Assembly (NCBI GenBank): GCA_964016885.1
Contig: OZ024742.1
Span: 5,518,001-5,582,000, forward strand
Origin: Eledone cirrhosa
Taxonomy: Eukaryota
Reading direction: 5' to 3'
Length of the DNA: 64,000 bases
Made by a program: the position numbers and the translations under genes. Shown here piece after piece: positions 1 to 12,385 of this stretch (the stretch's first letter is position 1; each line of letters starts with the position of its first letter). The notes under the pieces are model-generated. The model was not told the DNA's origin and searched no databases. It saw nothing but the letters and a program-made list of their open reading frames with translations.

Positions 1-490
1 AAGCAAAGAATCGCTGCTTTCACCCTTAACGGGATCTTCTGAAACAAAAAAAATCAATCTGTGAACGCAGAAGTAAATATTTGGAAAAACGTTGCAACCG
101 AAGGAAAACAGGTTGACGATACTTTTGTTCATGAAGACGTTCCCTGGCAATGAACGGAAAATAGCGAAGATAATACGTCAGATATGAGAACAATGTTTTC
201 ATAATGTCGTAATGCAGACAGCCAGACATACATTATAAGGGCGCGACGTTATAGCTATGTAACTATTTAAAAAGACAGACTAAGAAAGAGAGAGAGAGAG
301 ATCGCTAACTGGCGCCTAACACCCCTTTAACAACAGAAAATTGAAAAATAAAAGCTGCAGTTAATATCTTTAGACCGCAAGGAATATATAAATGCAAGTT
401 TGAAGTAAATCGGAGTAGAAATGTGGATTTGTATAGACTTTGCAAAACTTAGGACTCACACACAGACAATTTCAGTTTTATATATATGTA
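1..490. mobile_element. Dispersed non-autonomous repeat, possibly Helitron-like; 1-125 recurs inverted at about 9945-10065
   Basis: 1-125 (aagcaaagaatcgctgctttcacccttaacgggatcttctgaaac...) is the reverse complement of about 9945-10065; the element ends in ...cagacaatttcagtttta(TA)n. Class assignment is by resemblance only. Confidence 0.4.
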
Positions 491-579
491 TATATATACA
501 ATACATATAAAATGTATATCGATATTGTCTCTGAGTATGAAGGTCAATGAACTTCAGTGATCTATAGTACTTATATACT

Positions 580-660
580 TAAGGGGTCGATAAAATAAAG
601 TACCAGTAATACACTGGGTTAATTGCTCGCCTTGTACCAAAAGTAGAAACAATTATTGTT
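580..660 (+). mobile_element. tRNA-derived SINE, 3' fragment
   Basis: ggggtcgataaaataaagtaccagtaatacactggg...gtagaaacaattatt matches the 3' half of the SINE copies at 3471, 30716 and 62338. Confidence 0.75.
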
Positions 661-709
661 ATTCTGAACTGAAGTTTCTTGAGCGTTGTACTGAGAAACG
701 TTATCAATC

Positions 710-1380
710 TACGAGGGTAAGTAAAAAATGATCCGCAATTTTGCCATATTTAGGTTTATCACACTACCTTTGCTCATGTGTGCTTATATTTGGTACTAAT
801 GTGGACACGTGATCGAAGTTTGAGCTTGATCACACCAGTTTCCTTGTTGCTGTTAGTGTAAACATGGCCGCTCCACTGGCAGTGTGTACCGAAGAGTAAC
901 AGAGAGCAGTGATCCGATTTCTCTGGTCAGAAGGTGTGTCGGCCTGAAATTGATCAGAGTCTTTTAACACAATACAGCGACAGTGAACTACCGCGTAGAA
1001 GTGTGTATGAATAGATAGAAAAGTTTAAAAGTGGCCAGACAAACGTGACGTCCGAAGAAGGAGCAGGGCACCCGTCAACCTCGATCATTGACCAGAAGAT
1101 TCGGCAAGCTGGAGAGATGGTGAACCGACGAGTTATCATCGATGAAGTAGTATGTTCACTACAGATTAGGCATGGTTCTGCCTATCAAATCACCCACGAC
1201 AAGTGGTGCATAAATAGTTGCGCGACCAACCAAAAACTTTCTTCTTGGAGAGAATACGCAAGAAGACACCTGAACTAAGTCGGAAAGGTGGGAGGCTATG
1301 TAGAAAATAATGTACTTCTTTAAACCCCGTTTTTACCTCCTTTCTTTTAATTACTGTATGCTGAAGCTGGCGCATTACTG
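710..1380 (+). mobile_element. Degenerate, internally deleted mariner (Tc1/mariner) transposon
   Basis: Starts with TA-CGAGGG terminus at 710. ATG at 864 reads MAAPLAVCTEE*QRAVIRFLWSEGV; later pieces ...IEKFKSGQTNVTSEEGAGHPSTS...NRRVIIDEV...HGSAYQITHD match the mariner HTH region. It jumps to the C-terminus (QPKTFF...GGYVE). Stops and frameshifts present; catalytic core missing. Confidence 0.85.
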
Positions 1381-1404
1381 CATTAGCTTTTGCAATTCTT
1401 GCAC

Positions 1405-2065
1405 TTAATTAAGCCTCCTGCCTTCCATCACTCGTGAACACGGCCCAAGATACTTGAACTTCTCTACCTGCTTCCTTGAGAAGAATGATTTTCATTCCAG
1501 CCATGCAGTACTCGGCATCAAACCTATCAAGTGCAAGCCGAAGATCATCTTCTGTCGAGTTAAATAACACCATGTCGTCTGCAAATTCCAGCCGACTGAT
1601 TTTACACCCGCCAGTCATGCTACCACTTCCAGCCCGGCTGTTCTTGTCAATCCTGTTCATGTAAATAATGAACAGGAGAGGTGACAGTACGCACCCTTGG
1701 CGGAGTCCGACACTCCCATAGAATGGTTTCGATTTAGCACCATTTATCCGAACACAAATATTCAGCCATTCATATAGAGACATCAGGGCGGCAAGAAGCT
1801 GACCATCAATCCCCTACTCCTGCACAGCTTTCCACAACAGGTCTCGAGGAACGCAGTCATATGCCTTCTCAAGGTCGACAAAACAAGAATATACTTCTTG
1901 GCAATAATCTCACGATTCATCGAAGACCGGCTGTGCTGCGTCCAGGGCGAAAGCCACACTGTTCATCAGCTAGCTTGGACTCCACGATATCCCTGCAACT
2001 CTTTGCCAGACACTTAGCATAGATTTTACTGGCGAGGGTTAACAAGGAGGTCTTTCAGTAGCCAT
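1405..2065 (-). pseudogene. RTE-type LINE reverse transcriptase fragment
   Basis: ORF 1409-1783 has GLRQGCVLSPLLF and LEFADDMVL; upstream on the same strand FVDLEKAYDCVPR is readable (about 1845-1885). Confidence 0.9.
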
Positions 2066-2379
2066 GAAATAAGTTGTATTCGACCATGAAATAAGTTGTA
2101 TTAAATGGTATAAGCAGCAGGAAGAAACATGATCGTACCTGCCCGATTTCACTGACGAAAGCTCTCAATATAGATGAAACCTCTTATTAATATCGATCGT
2201 CGATTGTGAAAAAACATAGATACAAACGGAACATTAGAACATTCAATAATCAATAATATACTATCAAATATACTAAGGTTAGAAATAATTGAAATAAAGT
2301 ATAAAGACGAGAATAATTGTGTGAACTGGGTTAGGGTGTGGTTACGAGTTCCGGATTTAGTTATCTTCAAACTTGTTAT

Positions 2380-2865
2380 CTTTGTGTGTGTGTGTTGGGG
2401 GGAGGCATGTGTGTGGTGTATGTAGATTATGTGTGTGGACAGTGTGTGTGTGGGTTATATGTAAACTATGTGTGTGGAGTATCCAGCATATATGTTTCTT
2501 TTTAGGTGTGTGTAGTAGTGTGTGTGTAGCAGTGTGTGTGTAGTAATGTGTGTGTAGTAATGTGTAGCAATGTGTAGCAATGCGTAGCAATGTGTAGCAG
2601 TGTGTAGCAATGTGTAGCAGTGTGTAGCAGTGTGTAGCAATGTGTAGCAGTGTGTAGCAATGTGTAACAGTGTGTAGCAGTGTGTAACAGTGTGTAGCAG
2701 TGTGTAGCAGTGTGTAGCAATGTGTAGCAATGTGTCGCAGTGTATACCAATGTGTAGCAGTGTGTAGCAATGTGTGTGTAGTAGTGTGTGTATGTCTGTC
2801 TGTGTCTGTGTATGTGTATGTGTATGTGTGTGTGTGTGTGTGTGCGTGTGTGTGTGTGTGTAAGT
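2380..2865. repeat. (GT)n-rich array with 10-bp unit tgtgtagcar
   Basis: About 20 tandem tgtgtagcaa/tgtgtagcag units at 2560-2770, embedded in (GT)n. Confidence 0.9.
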
Positions 2866-2934
2866 ATGTATGAATAAACACAACTATTTCAGTCTACCCA
2901 ATATCACCGACAAGTCATTGGTTACCTTGAGATT

Positions 2935-3275
2935 ATGGTGTTACACTGTGACAGAACACAGATCCTCGTGTTTGTTTATGGTGTTACACTGTGACAGAAC
3001 ACAAATCCTCGTGTTTGTTTATGGTGTTACACTGTGACAGAACAGGGATCCTTGTGTTTGTGTATGGTGTTACACTGTGACAGAACACATATCCTCGTGT
3101 TTGTTTATGGTGTTACACTGTGACTCAACACAGATCCTCGTGTTTGCTTATGGTGTTACATTGTGACAGAACACAAATCCTCGTGTTTGTTTATGGTGTT
3201 ACACTGTGACAGAACACAAATCCTCGTGTTTTTTATGGTGTTACACTGTGACAGAACACACTTCCTCGTGTTTGT
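2935..3275. repeat. 43-bp minisatellite, about 8 copies, inside the left arm of an inverted duplication
   Basis: Unit tatggtgttacactgtgacagaacacagatcctcgtgtttgtt; period 2941 to 2984. Confidence 0.92.
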
Positions 3276-3470
3276 GATGCGATCTCGCCTGCGTCTATTG
3301 AAAGAGAAGGAAAAAATTACTAAATAAAAATTATCCGAAACAAAAAAAAAAAAGCTATCGTAAAATTGATAAAAAACATAGTTTACAACACAGGTGTTGG
3401 GCTGACGACTATTAATGATTATGACAAAAACTGTAAAAAAATATTGTACATATAAAATATTGTACATATA

Positions 3471-3660
3471 TAATTGTTTCTACTTTAAGCACAAGGCCAG
3501 CAATAACCCAGTGCATTACTGGTACTTTATTTTATCGACCCCGTAAGGATGAAAGGCAACGTTAACCTTGACGGGATTTGAACTCAGATCGTAAAGGGAC
3601 GTAACTATGCTGGAAAGCATGGCGTCCGACCCTCTACCGATACTGCCAATCCACCACCCT
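3471..3660 (-). mobile_element. tRNA-derived SINE
   Basis: Minus strand reads TGGCAGTATCGG (A-box-like) ... GAGTTCAAATCC (B-box), then GCCTTTCATCCTTACGGGGTCGATAAAATAAAGTACCAG; several copies in the window. Confidence 0.88.
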
Positions 3661-4508
3661 AGCATGGAGTCCGACCCTCTACCGATACTGCCAATCCACC
3701 ACCCTAGCATGGCGTCCGACCCTCTACCGATACAGCCAATCCACTGCCCTAGCATGGCGTCCGACCCTCTACCGATACTGCCAATCCACCACCCTAGCAT
3801 GGCGTCCGACCCTCTACCGATACTGCCAATCCACCACCCTAGCATGGCGTCCGGCCCTCTACTGATACTACCAATCCACCGCCCTAACATGGCGTCCGAC
3901 CCTCTACCGATACTGCCAATCCACCACCCTAGCATGGCGTCCGACCCTCTACCGATACTGCCAATCCACCGCCCTAACATGGCGTCCGACCCTCTACCGA
4001 TACTGCCAATCCACCGCCCTAACATGGCGTCCGACCCTCTACCGATACTGCCAATCCACCACCCTAGCATGGCGTCCAACCCTCTACCGATACTGCCAAT
4101 CCACCGCCCTAACATGGCGTCCGACCCTCTACCGATACTGCCAATCCACCGCCCTAACATGGCGTCCGACCCTCTACCGATACTGCCAATCCACCACCCT
4201 AGCATGGCGTCCGACCCTCTACCGATACTGCCAATCCACCGCCCTAACATGGCGTCCGACCCTCTACCGATACTGCCAATCCACCGCCCTAACATGGCGT
4301 CCGACCCTCTACCGATACTGCCAATCCACCACCCTAGCATGGCGTCCGACCCTCTACCGATACTGCCAATCCACCGCCCTAACATGGCGTCCGACCCTCT
4401 ACCGATACTGCCAATCCACCGCCCTAACATGGCGTCCGACCCTCTACCGATACTGCCAATCCACTGCCCTAACATGGCGTCCGACCCTCTACCGATACTG
4501 CCAATCCA
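3616..4508 (-). repeat. 45-bp tandem array (about 20 copies) derived from the SINE 5' head
   Basis: Unit agcatggcgtccgaccctctaccgatactgccaatccaccaccct is essentially identical to the SINE head at 62701-62745. Confidence 0.95.
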
Positions 4509-4800
4509 AGGCCCAACACCTGCGTTGTAAACTATGTTTTTCTTTTCAGCTTTACGATAGCTTTTTTAATTATTTTTTGTTTCGGATAATTTTTTTTAGT
4601 AATTTTTTCCTTCTCTTTCAATAGACGCAGGCGAGATCGCATCACAAACACGAGGATTTGTGTTCGGTCACAGTGTAACACCATAAAAAAAAACACGAGG
4701 ATCTGTGTTCTGTCACAGTGTAACACAATAATTTCAAGGTAACCAATGACTTATCGGTGATATTGGGTAGACTGAAATAGTTGTGTTTATTCATACATAC

Positions 4801-4914
<114 letters not shown>

Positions 4915-5777
4915 ATATATATATATGAGAGTAAGTTGAACATTTTTCACATTTGTTATTGTGTTTTATTTTAACACATGCTCTAATTCCTGTTATAAAT
5001 TTCTCTCTCACTCACCTATTAAATCGTACAAGTTGTGAAATAGACTGGTTTACGTGCGTGGTTGGTGGAAATATTTAGAATTCAGACTCTAACCAACACG
5101 CCACTCTATATCGCTGTCTAATCGCTGTTGGCATTTCCTGTCCAGAAAAGGTTGTAGGCACTACCATTATTACTATCGCACCATTTCTCGCCATGGGACT
5201 TGGAGACTAGAGCCGAATGCTACCATTCTATTGTACAGCGATTGGGGACTGAATTTTTCTAATAACCAATTTTTCACTAACTTATTAATTTGTGTTTGAG
5301 ACACGTTGGCTGAGGGCTTATGGCGGGAGTGGAACTATTTGTTTTCTAATCTCCTGCCACCACGTAAATTTATAAATTGGTAGCCAATCAGAGGACAGCA
5401 TTGTGATGCGTAGAGATTCCAGTTACCAACATTTTACTGTGTTGGCCGTCACAAACGGTCATAGCCGGCACGGACTGGAGTCGAATTCTGTCGATCGATT
5501 GGTTATTGATTAGGCGAAACCCGCTGATAAAGCCACATGCGCCGATTATGCATCGTTGCATATTATATGCGGACAGAAGGTGCAGTGCACTCTATGGCCG
5601 CATTAAGTGTGGCCGAAACTCGAATTCGGGAACTACTGTAGGTACCCGTTTACGTGTGTTGTATTGAAGCGAATAACTATGTGTATAATCTGGGAGTTTA
5701 TTTAATATTACCTATTGTGTACACTGAGATGCAACCGGTCCTAGCAGTGAAACCCATGCTAGTTCCGTCAACTTATT

Positions 5778-5830
<53 letters not shown>

Positions 5831-6769
5831 AGTGGAAGTTTAGTACAATCGAAGCTTTGGCTGTGGCCAAGCTAACGACCTACAATTAGGAATGAGCAGC
5901 AGAGCACTCAATAAGGTCTGGCCTTAGAGAAATAACATACGTTTAGGCAGCTTGACAAATTGAAAATTGCGGCAGGCAGACCTAGCCACATAATACCAAA
6001 AACAACGAAGAAACTAATCAGGTTAAACAACTGACCTGCACAAATCGAACGATATTATGCAATACGTCCGATAGGTTTCTATGAACTGAAATCATCAATC
6101 CAACTTACGTAAAATGCAAGTTTGTGGTATTCAATGATCGAACAGTGGATTCACGCCATCAACAGGGTTTTCGTTCTATGCCTCAAGCCGGTGTGGAGTT
6201 TAACGCTGAACTGCTACAGTTGGCAGCATTCAGTGTTCTACTGTCACGTGTTATTTCCAACAAGGGAAGTAACCCTCGGTTTTTGGCGGGCAAATTCAAA
6301 GTGTGAAGCGTGAACCTAATACTAACACTATGTACTGCACTCTTCGTTATTGTTTTTGTTTTTTGTTTTAACTTATATATATATGTGTGTGAGTGTGTCT
6401 GTGGGTATATATATATATATATGCTTTAATTCCTTTAAATCTTTATCAACACTCCTTCACTCCGACACTCATTAATCCTTCCCCCAGACGCATCCAAATC
6501 TTTCTTATTTATAGAGTCACAATCACAACACAACCTGATCTCAGTTTGACAATCGCCACCGATGAATGCGAGAAAGTTCTCCAGGAAAGTTAACCAGGAA
6601 TCTTAAAAAATCTTCCCATCGAAGTTAACAAAGAACTTACTAGATGTACTAAATCATAATATAATATTATAAAATTATTTAAAACTACAAGTGAAGTCAT
6701 TCTTTTCCTTTTTTCAAATATATATATATATGTATACATATATATTCTCCAAATTCTCCACTCACACTA

Positions 6770-7975
6770 TGCTAAACCCATGGCCTCCAAATACTTGATA
6801 TTCAAAAACTCCAATAGTGCTAAGTTTAATATTCTGATCGCAGACTTGATAAGAGTGATGAAGAACGTGTCCCGCATGTGCGACCCAACTGAAATGGAAA
6901 GACACATCCAACACTTCATCAATGGCATGCAGTTCTCTGGCTACAACCAAAGAGACAGAATCAGAGTATACAAATGAGCCAGGGAGAAATATATGACCCT
7001 CATAGAACTAGACATGAAAGGAACTTGCCCATTATACAGGACCAAATCATGGAATAGTTTAGATAGGACTAAACATAAGAGAGGGAAAGCTCCTTCATGG
7101 TATGACAACCAGAGATACCAGAGTGTCATGTTCGTGGATGCTACCCCTGGAGGGAAATTAGCTAAGCAATGTAAAAAGGCCCTAAGAAAGACCCATCTAA
7201 AGATTAAAGTGGTAGAAAAGCCAGGAACTACCATAAAATCCCTCATCAGCAAGACATACCCCTTTAAGAAAACCGACTGTACGAATAAGAAATGTGTTAT
7301 ATGTAGAATGAACCCACAGATAAATTGTAAAACTAGAAATGTAGTCTATAGCATAAGATGTACAGAGGGTACTTGCAGAAACATGACAACGACATACATA
7401 GGCGAGACAGCTCAAAGCATAGGAGAAAGAATAGACCAACACTGTGGGGAACTAAAAGAACAAAAAAACGGTTCAGTACTATATGAACACGCCAGGCAAA
7501 GACAGGACGGTAATATAGACAAGATAGAAATTAAAATAATATCTAAGTATAGAAATGACTCAACAGGTAGGCAAATCAGAGAAGAAACTGAGATAGAACT
7601 AAGAAAACTAAAGTTAAACAGAAAGAACGAATGGAATAACAACAACAACAACCATACCCAAACAAACAATACTGACCCAAGGGAAATATAAATAAATAAA
7701 TAAATATATATATACACAAGTACAATAACGACAAACACATATAAACACAAACTAGTGAACAAAGATAGAATACAAAAACAAAAACACATGCACTCAAACA
7801 CCAACACACAAACCAAACATGAAACACACACGCAAACGCATGTACAAACAGAGACAAAGACAAGAATAAATAAATAAATAAAATAAAAATGGCGTAGGCA
7901 TTACAATACAACGGGAGGAAACATAATAGTACCACTGATGATGTCACAGATGTGTGACGAAAGAACTTTGCTAGA
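6770..7975 (+). mobile_element. Penelope-like element 3' fragment: RT thumb/linker plus GIY-YIG endonuclease, followed by an HHR-like motif
   Basis: ORF 6993-7691 has CxxxxCxxC...CKTRNVVYSIRC...YIGETAQSIGERIDQH...RQIREETEI...LNRKNEW, which is a GIY-YIG domain; an in-frame stop at about 6975 separates the upstream part. Confidence 0.88.
7929..7974 (+). ncRNA. Degenerate type I hammerhead ribozyme motif (PLE pLTR)
   Basis: CTGATGA 7935-7941, stem II GTCACA/TGTGAC, GAAA 7959-7962; stem I tacca/tgcta has one mismatch. A related degenerate copy lies on the minus strand at about 9327-9372. Confidence 0.6.
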
Positions 7976-9125
7976 CATCCAGACCACGTGTCCACACCAC
8001 CTCAACCGGTGCCGAAAGATCAGTCTCTCTATAGTCACGCACCTGCTCCGTTCGAGAACTTCCAAATCACTGACAAACATTTTCCATCGCACCCCAAGTA
8101 ACTTACAAAGAGATCGTTGGTGAAACCTCTCCAATTCCTTGAGGTGCTTTCTGTATGTGACCCACGTTTCATAAGCATAAAGCAAAGAGGAGACGACACA
8201 AGTCAGATACACTTTCACCTTGGTTTCAATAGTGATACCTCGTCGGGACCATAAACGTTCAGGCAGACGTCCAAAAGCATCAGTGGCTTTCTAGATTCTT
8301 AAGGATATTTCATCATCAAGTGTGCATGAGTTGTTCAACGTACTACCAAAGTACACAAACTTGTCAGCAACCTTTAGCCTCTTTCCATACACGTACACAC
8401 TTGGTGTAGTGTATTCTTTTCCAGGTGCTGGCTGGTACATCACAACAGTCTTCTCCAAGCTTATTGTGAGGTCCAAAGCGCTGCAAACTTCAGAAAAAGA
8501 GTTCATAATATACTGCGTGCCACTTTGTGAGTGTGCAAAAAGATCGCAGTCAACTGCATACAAAAACTCTCGGATTATAGATTAATACCTTTGTGCTTGC
8601 ACCAAAGCGACTGGTGTTGAACAACCTTCCTGAAGTGCGATACCTGATGTGAACCACATCCGAACAATTCTTCCTTGAATGCCATGAGAAACACTATCGT
8701 AAAATATAAGGAAAACAGACTTGGAGCCGGAATATCCCTCTGCTTCATTCCATTTTCAACTAATATTGGTTCAGAGATCCTACCACCAACACTGACTAAA
8801 GCCATGAAAAAGACGCAGAATCTTCATAAACTTTGGAGGGCAGCCAAGCTTTTCCAAAATTTTCTACAATGCATTTCAATTGGCGGTGTCAAAGACCTTT
8901 GTCAAGTCAACAAAGACCTGGTCCATACATTGTCCATACATTGTTCGATACACTTTTCTTGCAGCTGCCGAGCAGAAAAGATCATATCCACTGTTCCTCT
9001 TTCGTTTCTGAACCCACACTACGATTCAGGCAACACATTCAGAGCAACCCCTGAGATCTATCTATCCATAAAAATTCGACACATGACTTTATCAACTACT
9101 GAAATAAGTGATATGCCACGACAAT
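7975..9125 (-). pseudogene. RTE-type LINE RT/C-terminal fragment
   Basis: Minus-strand pieces: GFRNERGTVDMIFS, VFVDLTKVFD, ENGMKQRDIPAPSLF, YAVDCDL (degenerate YADD), KFVYFGSTL, SLLYAYETW...LERFHQRSL...RLRWCGHV. Confidence 0.9.
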
Positions 9126-9216
9126 TGCCACACATACATACCTACCTACCTACCTACCTACCTACCTACCTACCTACCTACCTACCTACCTACCTACCTA
9201 CATACATACATACATT

Positions 9217-9275
<59 letters not shown>

Positions 9276-9539
9276 ACACACACACAGATATATATATATT
9301 GTTAAATTTCGGAATGGTTATTTATTTGTCAAAGTTCTTTCGTCACACATTTTGTGACTTCCTCTGTGGTTATCTGTTTTGTGTCTCCTACAGAATGTGT
9401 GACGAATGAACTTTGACAAACAAATGAATAACGAACATTAAAGATAAATTGAAAGTTATATGGTGTGTGTTCTTTCTACTAGAATTATTGGCAATATAAC
9501 CATTCCTAAATATAACAACATAGATTGTAACACACGATT

Positions 9540-9895
9540 TCACATCAAGAATCTTGAAGATCATATACACAAACGTATATAGAGGGTTCGGACTTAGTCA
9601 ACTTGGTCAAAGGAACTAAGTCCAAGAACAACTCCGCAATAACAAGCACCGACGATTTCCTCGTGCACTCCGATAAAACTATAAATGAAAGGACCTGTAA
9701 TGTTTCTCTAAAAACATTTTTCCGATTCCACCCCACCTGTCCCTTCAATCATGCTAATTTCTCACTCTTTCTTCTGATGAAGGACTAGCGTCCGAAACGT
9801 TAAGACCGTCTTCCTGCTATTTTAAGTGTTAACCTAATATATTCCTTCCATATACTGTACCGATTATGTTGTTATTTCTATTTATCTTTTACATA
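9540..9895 (+). mobile_element. PLE 3' end/pLTR fragment with minimal HHR; related copy at about 22130-22360
   Basis: 9765-9880 is closely similar to 22240-22355 (ttcttctgatgaaggactagcgtccgaaa...aagtgttaacctaatat...catatactgtaccga); both end at (TA)n. Confidence 0.65.
9770..9805 (+). ncRNA. Minimal type I hammerhead ribozyme motif
   Basis: TCTT-CTGATGA-A-GGAC-TAGC-GTCC-GAAA-CG-TT-AAGA: stem I TCTT/AAGA, stem II GGAC/GTCC, palindromic vestigial stem III. Confidence 0.75.
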
Positions 9896-9897
9896 CA

Positions 9898-9946
<49 letters not shown>

Positions 9947-10177
9947 CCGTCTTCCTGTCTTCCTCCGGTTGCAACGTTTTTTGAAATATCCACTTCTGCG
10001 TTTACAGATTGACTTTGTTAGTTTCAGAAGATCCCGTTAAGGATGAAAGCAGCAATTCTTTGCTTAAACTTTAATCTGCTATTTTAATAAATATTTGCTC
10101 TACGGTTCTTATATATTTGATATATATTTATCCTTATCGAGCCCCCTTTGGATTTTAGTCTTCAAATTTATTATTAT

Positions 10178-10244
<67 letters not shown>

Positions 10245-10251
<7 letters not shown>

Positions 10252-11197
10252 GATATTAATAAATGGAAACTATATTTATAAAACCATATTTATTTCATTA
10301 TACATATTTCAGGGATACCAAATTAAATTATGGTATGCCTTCATCAGACAAAATACAATATATAACAGTTTTACAAATAAGCTTTGACGTACCCTATTAA
10401 AATGCAACCATTGTTTTGGGAAGTCATCCGGATAGTGAATTGTTTATATAACTTTAATAAGTCATAGTGTTAAGGACAATTAGAAAAAGACGGAGAGAAA
10501 GAAAAAAGACGGAGAGAAAGAAAAAACGTGGAGAAATATCGGAGAGAGAGAGAGATGTATGGAGAAAAAAAGAAAGAGATAGGTAAAGACAGGAGGAAAG
10601 GAAGAAAGAAGAAAAAAGGAAGAAATAAGAAAAACAGAGGAAAGCAACAGAGAGATATTAGGTCAACAGACAGATAGAAAAACTCAAGAGAGAGAAATGT
10701 TATATATAGAGAGAGGGAGATTATGAAAACTTTACGTCATGTCATGTTAAGTTGAGTTAACAATTCATATGAAATGAATAATAAAAATATAAATATTAAT
10801 ATTCATGAATGGGACATAGATATATAATATGAGAAATTAAACATTGTTTAATAATGACTATATGTTTAGTTTAAAACTTGAGAGCGATGCCTGATGACGC
10901 ACGCAGATATTTATTTATACATATATAGGTGTATATGTATATATGTGTGTGTATGTATATGTGTGGGTAAAAGTTATGTTGCATAACCACGCAGTTTGGA
11001 TTGCAGAAATGTTAAATGCATGAATGGTAATCATATATACGAAGTCATGCATGTTAATCGTATATATTTATGTGTATATATACTGTGAACTTTTTATAAT
11101 ACAACGAATGTATAGCAATGATTAAGAGAAATCGTCTGCGCTTTATATGTCTATATTGTTGACTTGAGTAAATATAATTTCTATTTTCAGGACGTGC

Positions 11198-11251
<54 letters not shown>

Positions 11252-11995
11252 GTATCTTTGCCTGAGATACTTTTCTAGCAATGTGTACATTTTGGAGATT
11301 AAACCCAAATTTTGGTATATTGATCTCAAGGTTTAAACTAAACATATAGTCATTATTAAACAATGTTTAATTTCTCATATTATATATCTATGTCCCATTC
11401 ATGAATATTAATATTTATATTTTTATTATTCATCTCATATGAATTGTTAACTCAACTTAACATGACATGACGTAAAGTTTTCATAATCTCCCTCTCTCTC
11501 TATATAACATTTCTCTCTCTTGAGTTTTTCTATCTGTCTGTTGACCTAATATCTCTCTGTTGCTTTCCTCTGTTTTTCTTATTTCTTCCTTTTTTCTTCT
11601 TTCTTCCTTTCCTCCTGTCTTTACTTATCTCTTTCTTTTTTTTCTCCATGCATCTCTCTCTCCGATATTTCTCCACGTTTTTTCTTTCTCTCCGTCTTTT
11701 TTCTTTCTCTCCGTCTTTTTTCTTTCTCTCCGTCTTTTTTCTTTCTCTCCGTCTTTTTCTAATTGTCCTTAACACTATGACTTATTAAAGTTATATAAAC
11801 AATTCACTATCCGGATGACTTCCAAAAACAATGGTTGCATTTTAATAGGGTACGTCAAAGCTTATTTGTAAAACTGTTATATATTGTATTTTGTCTGATG
11901 AAGGCATACCGTAATTTAATTTGGTATCCCTGAAATATGTATAATGAAATAAATATGGTTTTATAAATATAGTTTCCATTTATTAATATCGTATA
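10245..11995. mobile_element. Inverted duplication (arms about 10245-10880 and 11330-11995) of a PLE pLTR-like repeat with HHR-like core
   Basis: Arms are near-perfect reverse complements of about 640 bp; CTGATGA-AGGCATACC...GGTATCCCT-GAAA at 11895; same family as 58805-61680. Confidence 0.85.
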
Positions 11996-12079
11996 TCTAC
12001 TCCAAATACTTGTCGAGTGCTTCATATCAGTTATAAAAATATTTACTTGTTGTATCCCAACAATTTTAAATAGAACTTT

Positions 12080-12141
<62 letters not shown>

Positions 12142-12338
12142 GGGATTCTATTTATGGTTATGTATATATTAAAACTTTTTATAGTTATGTATATTTTAAA
12201 CCCTAAACAGTGAAGGTCAGTAATTTATTACTACCTTATTACCAGTAGGATAAATAGCTCAATGTAATAACATCAGTTGTTCTACAGAGCAGTTATATAG
12301 AATTCACAAGAATCAAAGCTATGTTCAAAGCATTTATT

Positions 12339-12385
12339 CACTTACAATTGTTTCATCAAAACCTAGGCTTGGAATCTTCGGAGCA
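12339..12385 (-). ncRNA. Degenerate HHR-like motif downstream of the PLE at 13682-14973
   Basis: Minus strand: TGCT-CCGAAGA-ttccaagcc ta ggttttgat-GAAA-CAATTG-TA-AGTG; the core has C instead of U4; palindromic stem III. Confidence 0.5.

Noticed and set aside
2148-2190. Hammerhead (CTGACGA...GAAAC)
   Set aside because: No convincing stem I, II or III pairing.
3575-3655. tRNA gene
   Set aside because: A and B boxes are present but there is no cloverleaf; the sequence continues into a SINE body found in several copies.
3516-4530. 319-aa and 307-aa repetitive ORFs on both strands
   Set aside because: By-product of a 45-bp stop-free tandem unit derived from a SINE.
5080-5650. CpG-richer segment with CCAAT boxes as a host promoter
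   Set aside because: No downstream exon or ORF is identifiable; more likely an unclassified repeat, and it cannot be supported from sequence alone.
6555-6600. Hammerhead (CCGATGA...GAAAGTTAAC)
   Set aside because: Core mutated, NUH absent and stem I not formed; at best a decayed relic.
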